From: Lobosporangium transversale
Lineage: Eukaryota
NCBI RefSeq assembly: GCF_002105155.1
Contig: NW_019028981.1
Location: 1,550,001-1,614,000 of the forward strand
Direction: 5' to 3'
DNA: 64,000 bases
Positions 63,246 to 64,000 of the stretch are shown here, piece after piece. Both the position numbers and the translations under genes were made by a program. The stretch's first letter is position 1. Every line of letters begins with the position of its first letter. The notes under the pieces are model-generated. The model ran no database searches and was not told the DNA's origin. It saw only the letters and a program-made list of their open reading frames with translations.

Positions 63246-63458
63246 TTAGCAGTCGGCTCCACAGCAGCAGCGGCCCCAGTCACAGTCTCCATTCAAGCCA
63301 TACTTGGGACTACGCTCATTCCAATCACAAGCGTTAAGGCAATCTTGATCGATCAAACATTGTCCTCTCCTGGACGTACACCTTCTGCAAATATCAGCAT
63401 TAGCCACGGCGATGAAGCTGAGGACAATCAAGGCAAAAGAGAAGCTTTGGATTTTCAT
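63246..63458 (-). CDS. Secreted 10-Cys defensin-like peptide, copy 2 (identical)
   Basis: Same nucleotide and protein sequence as 60913-61125. Confidence 0.85.
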   Translation of the reverse strand: MKIQSFSFALIVLSFIAVANADICRRCTSRRGQCLIDQDCLNACDWNERSPKYGLNGDCDWGRCCCGADC

Positions 63459-64000
63459 AGTGGTAAAGAGGTTTGGATGTCAGGTAGGACGCTTGGAGGT
63501 TCTGTCAAAGGCTATTGCGGCTCTTCTTGAGGGAAGTTCTTGGTGTTCTTTGTGAGGACTGGAGTCTTGAAGGAGGTTTGTTGAGTTGTAGTAAACGACA
63601 CGGAAATGGCAGCCTTTTTATATTCGTGATGTGGATCATCTCTTGACAAGACTATCCCATTCTTGTACCTAGATCATGCTCTAATCTGATTAGCATGAAT
63701 AGTAAAAGAGCTACTGACCTATGCAGGGACATCTTGTTTTTTTGACTATGCAAAAAAGCCTGTTGGTTGTGGATCTAACGTACTGTTGCATAGTGCTGTA
63801 GTAAGAGGTCTAACAGACAAAGTGTATGTAGCAAAGAGGCCCTACTGTATAGTATCGAGTTAGAATATGGCGAACAGAGTCAATGTGTTTTAGAAAAGGG
63901 CTAAAAACAACCATGTTTGCTTGACATGACATAAACACTGCATGATCCCTTGACTGTGTTGTTTTCCTTCAATTCTTCGAAAAGTGATTGCTAGACCATA

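Noticed and set aside
1..64000. CRISPR arrays, rRNA, tRNA or prokaryotic operons
   Set aside because: None seen; the sequence is spliced eukaryotic DNA.

Overview
Eukaryotic, intron-rich, AT-rich fungal genomic DNA. Gene content (animal-like TFB1M, LARP4, AGGF1 and BORCS6, fungal MRPL31 and COA3, Crinkler and F-box relics) and poly(A/T)-filled introns point to an early-diverging fungus, probably Mortierellaceae (inference). About 15 housekeeping genes are recognisable: TFB1M, MRPL31, RPL41, MRS6/REP, a P450, a PPR protein, COA3, BORCS6, TAD3, GAL7, LARP4, YPT52, an MRN1-like RRM protein, AGGF1 and RRP36. A transposon nest at 4.1-13.9 kb contains a very young full-length chromovirus (identical 213-bp LTRs, GCTTG TSD, -1 frameshift signal) that carries an unexpected antisense ORF and is inserted into one arm of a 270-bp inverted repeat. 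An accessory region at 56.8-64 kb holds a Crinkler relic, a MITE, two solo LTRs and two identical genes for a secreted 10-cysteine defensin-like peptide. Exon boundaries were read by eye and protein identities come from motif recognition, not database searches.
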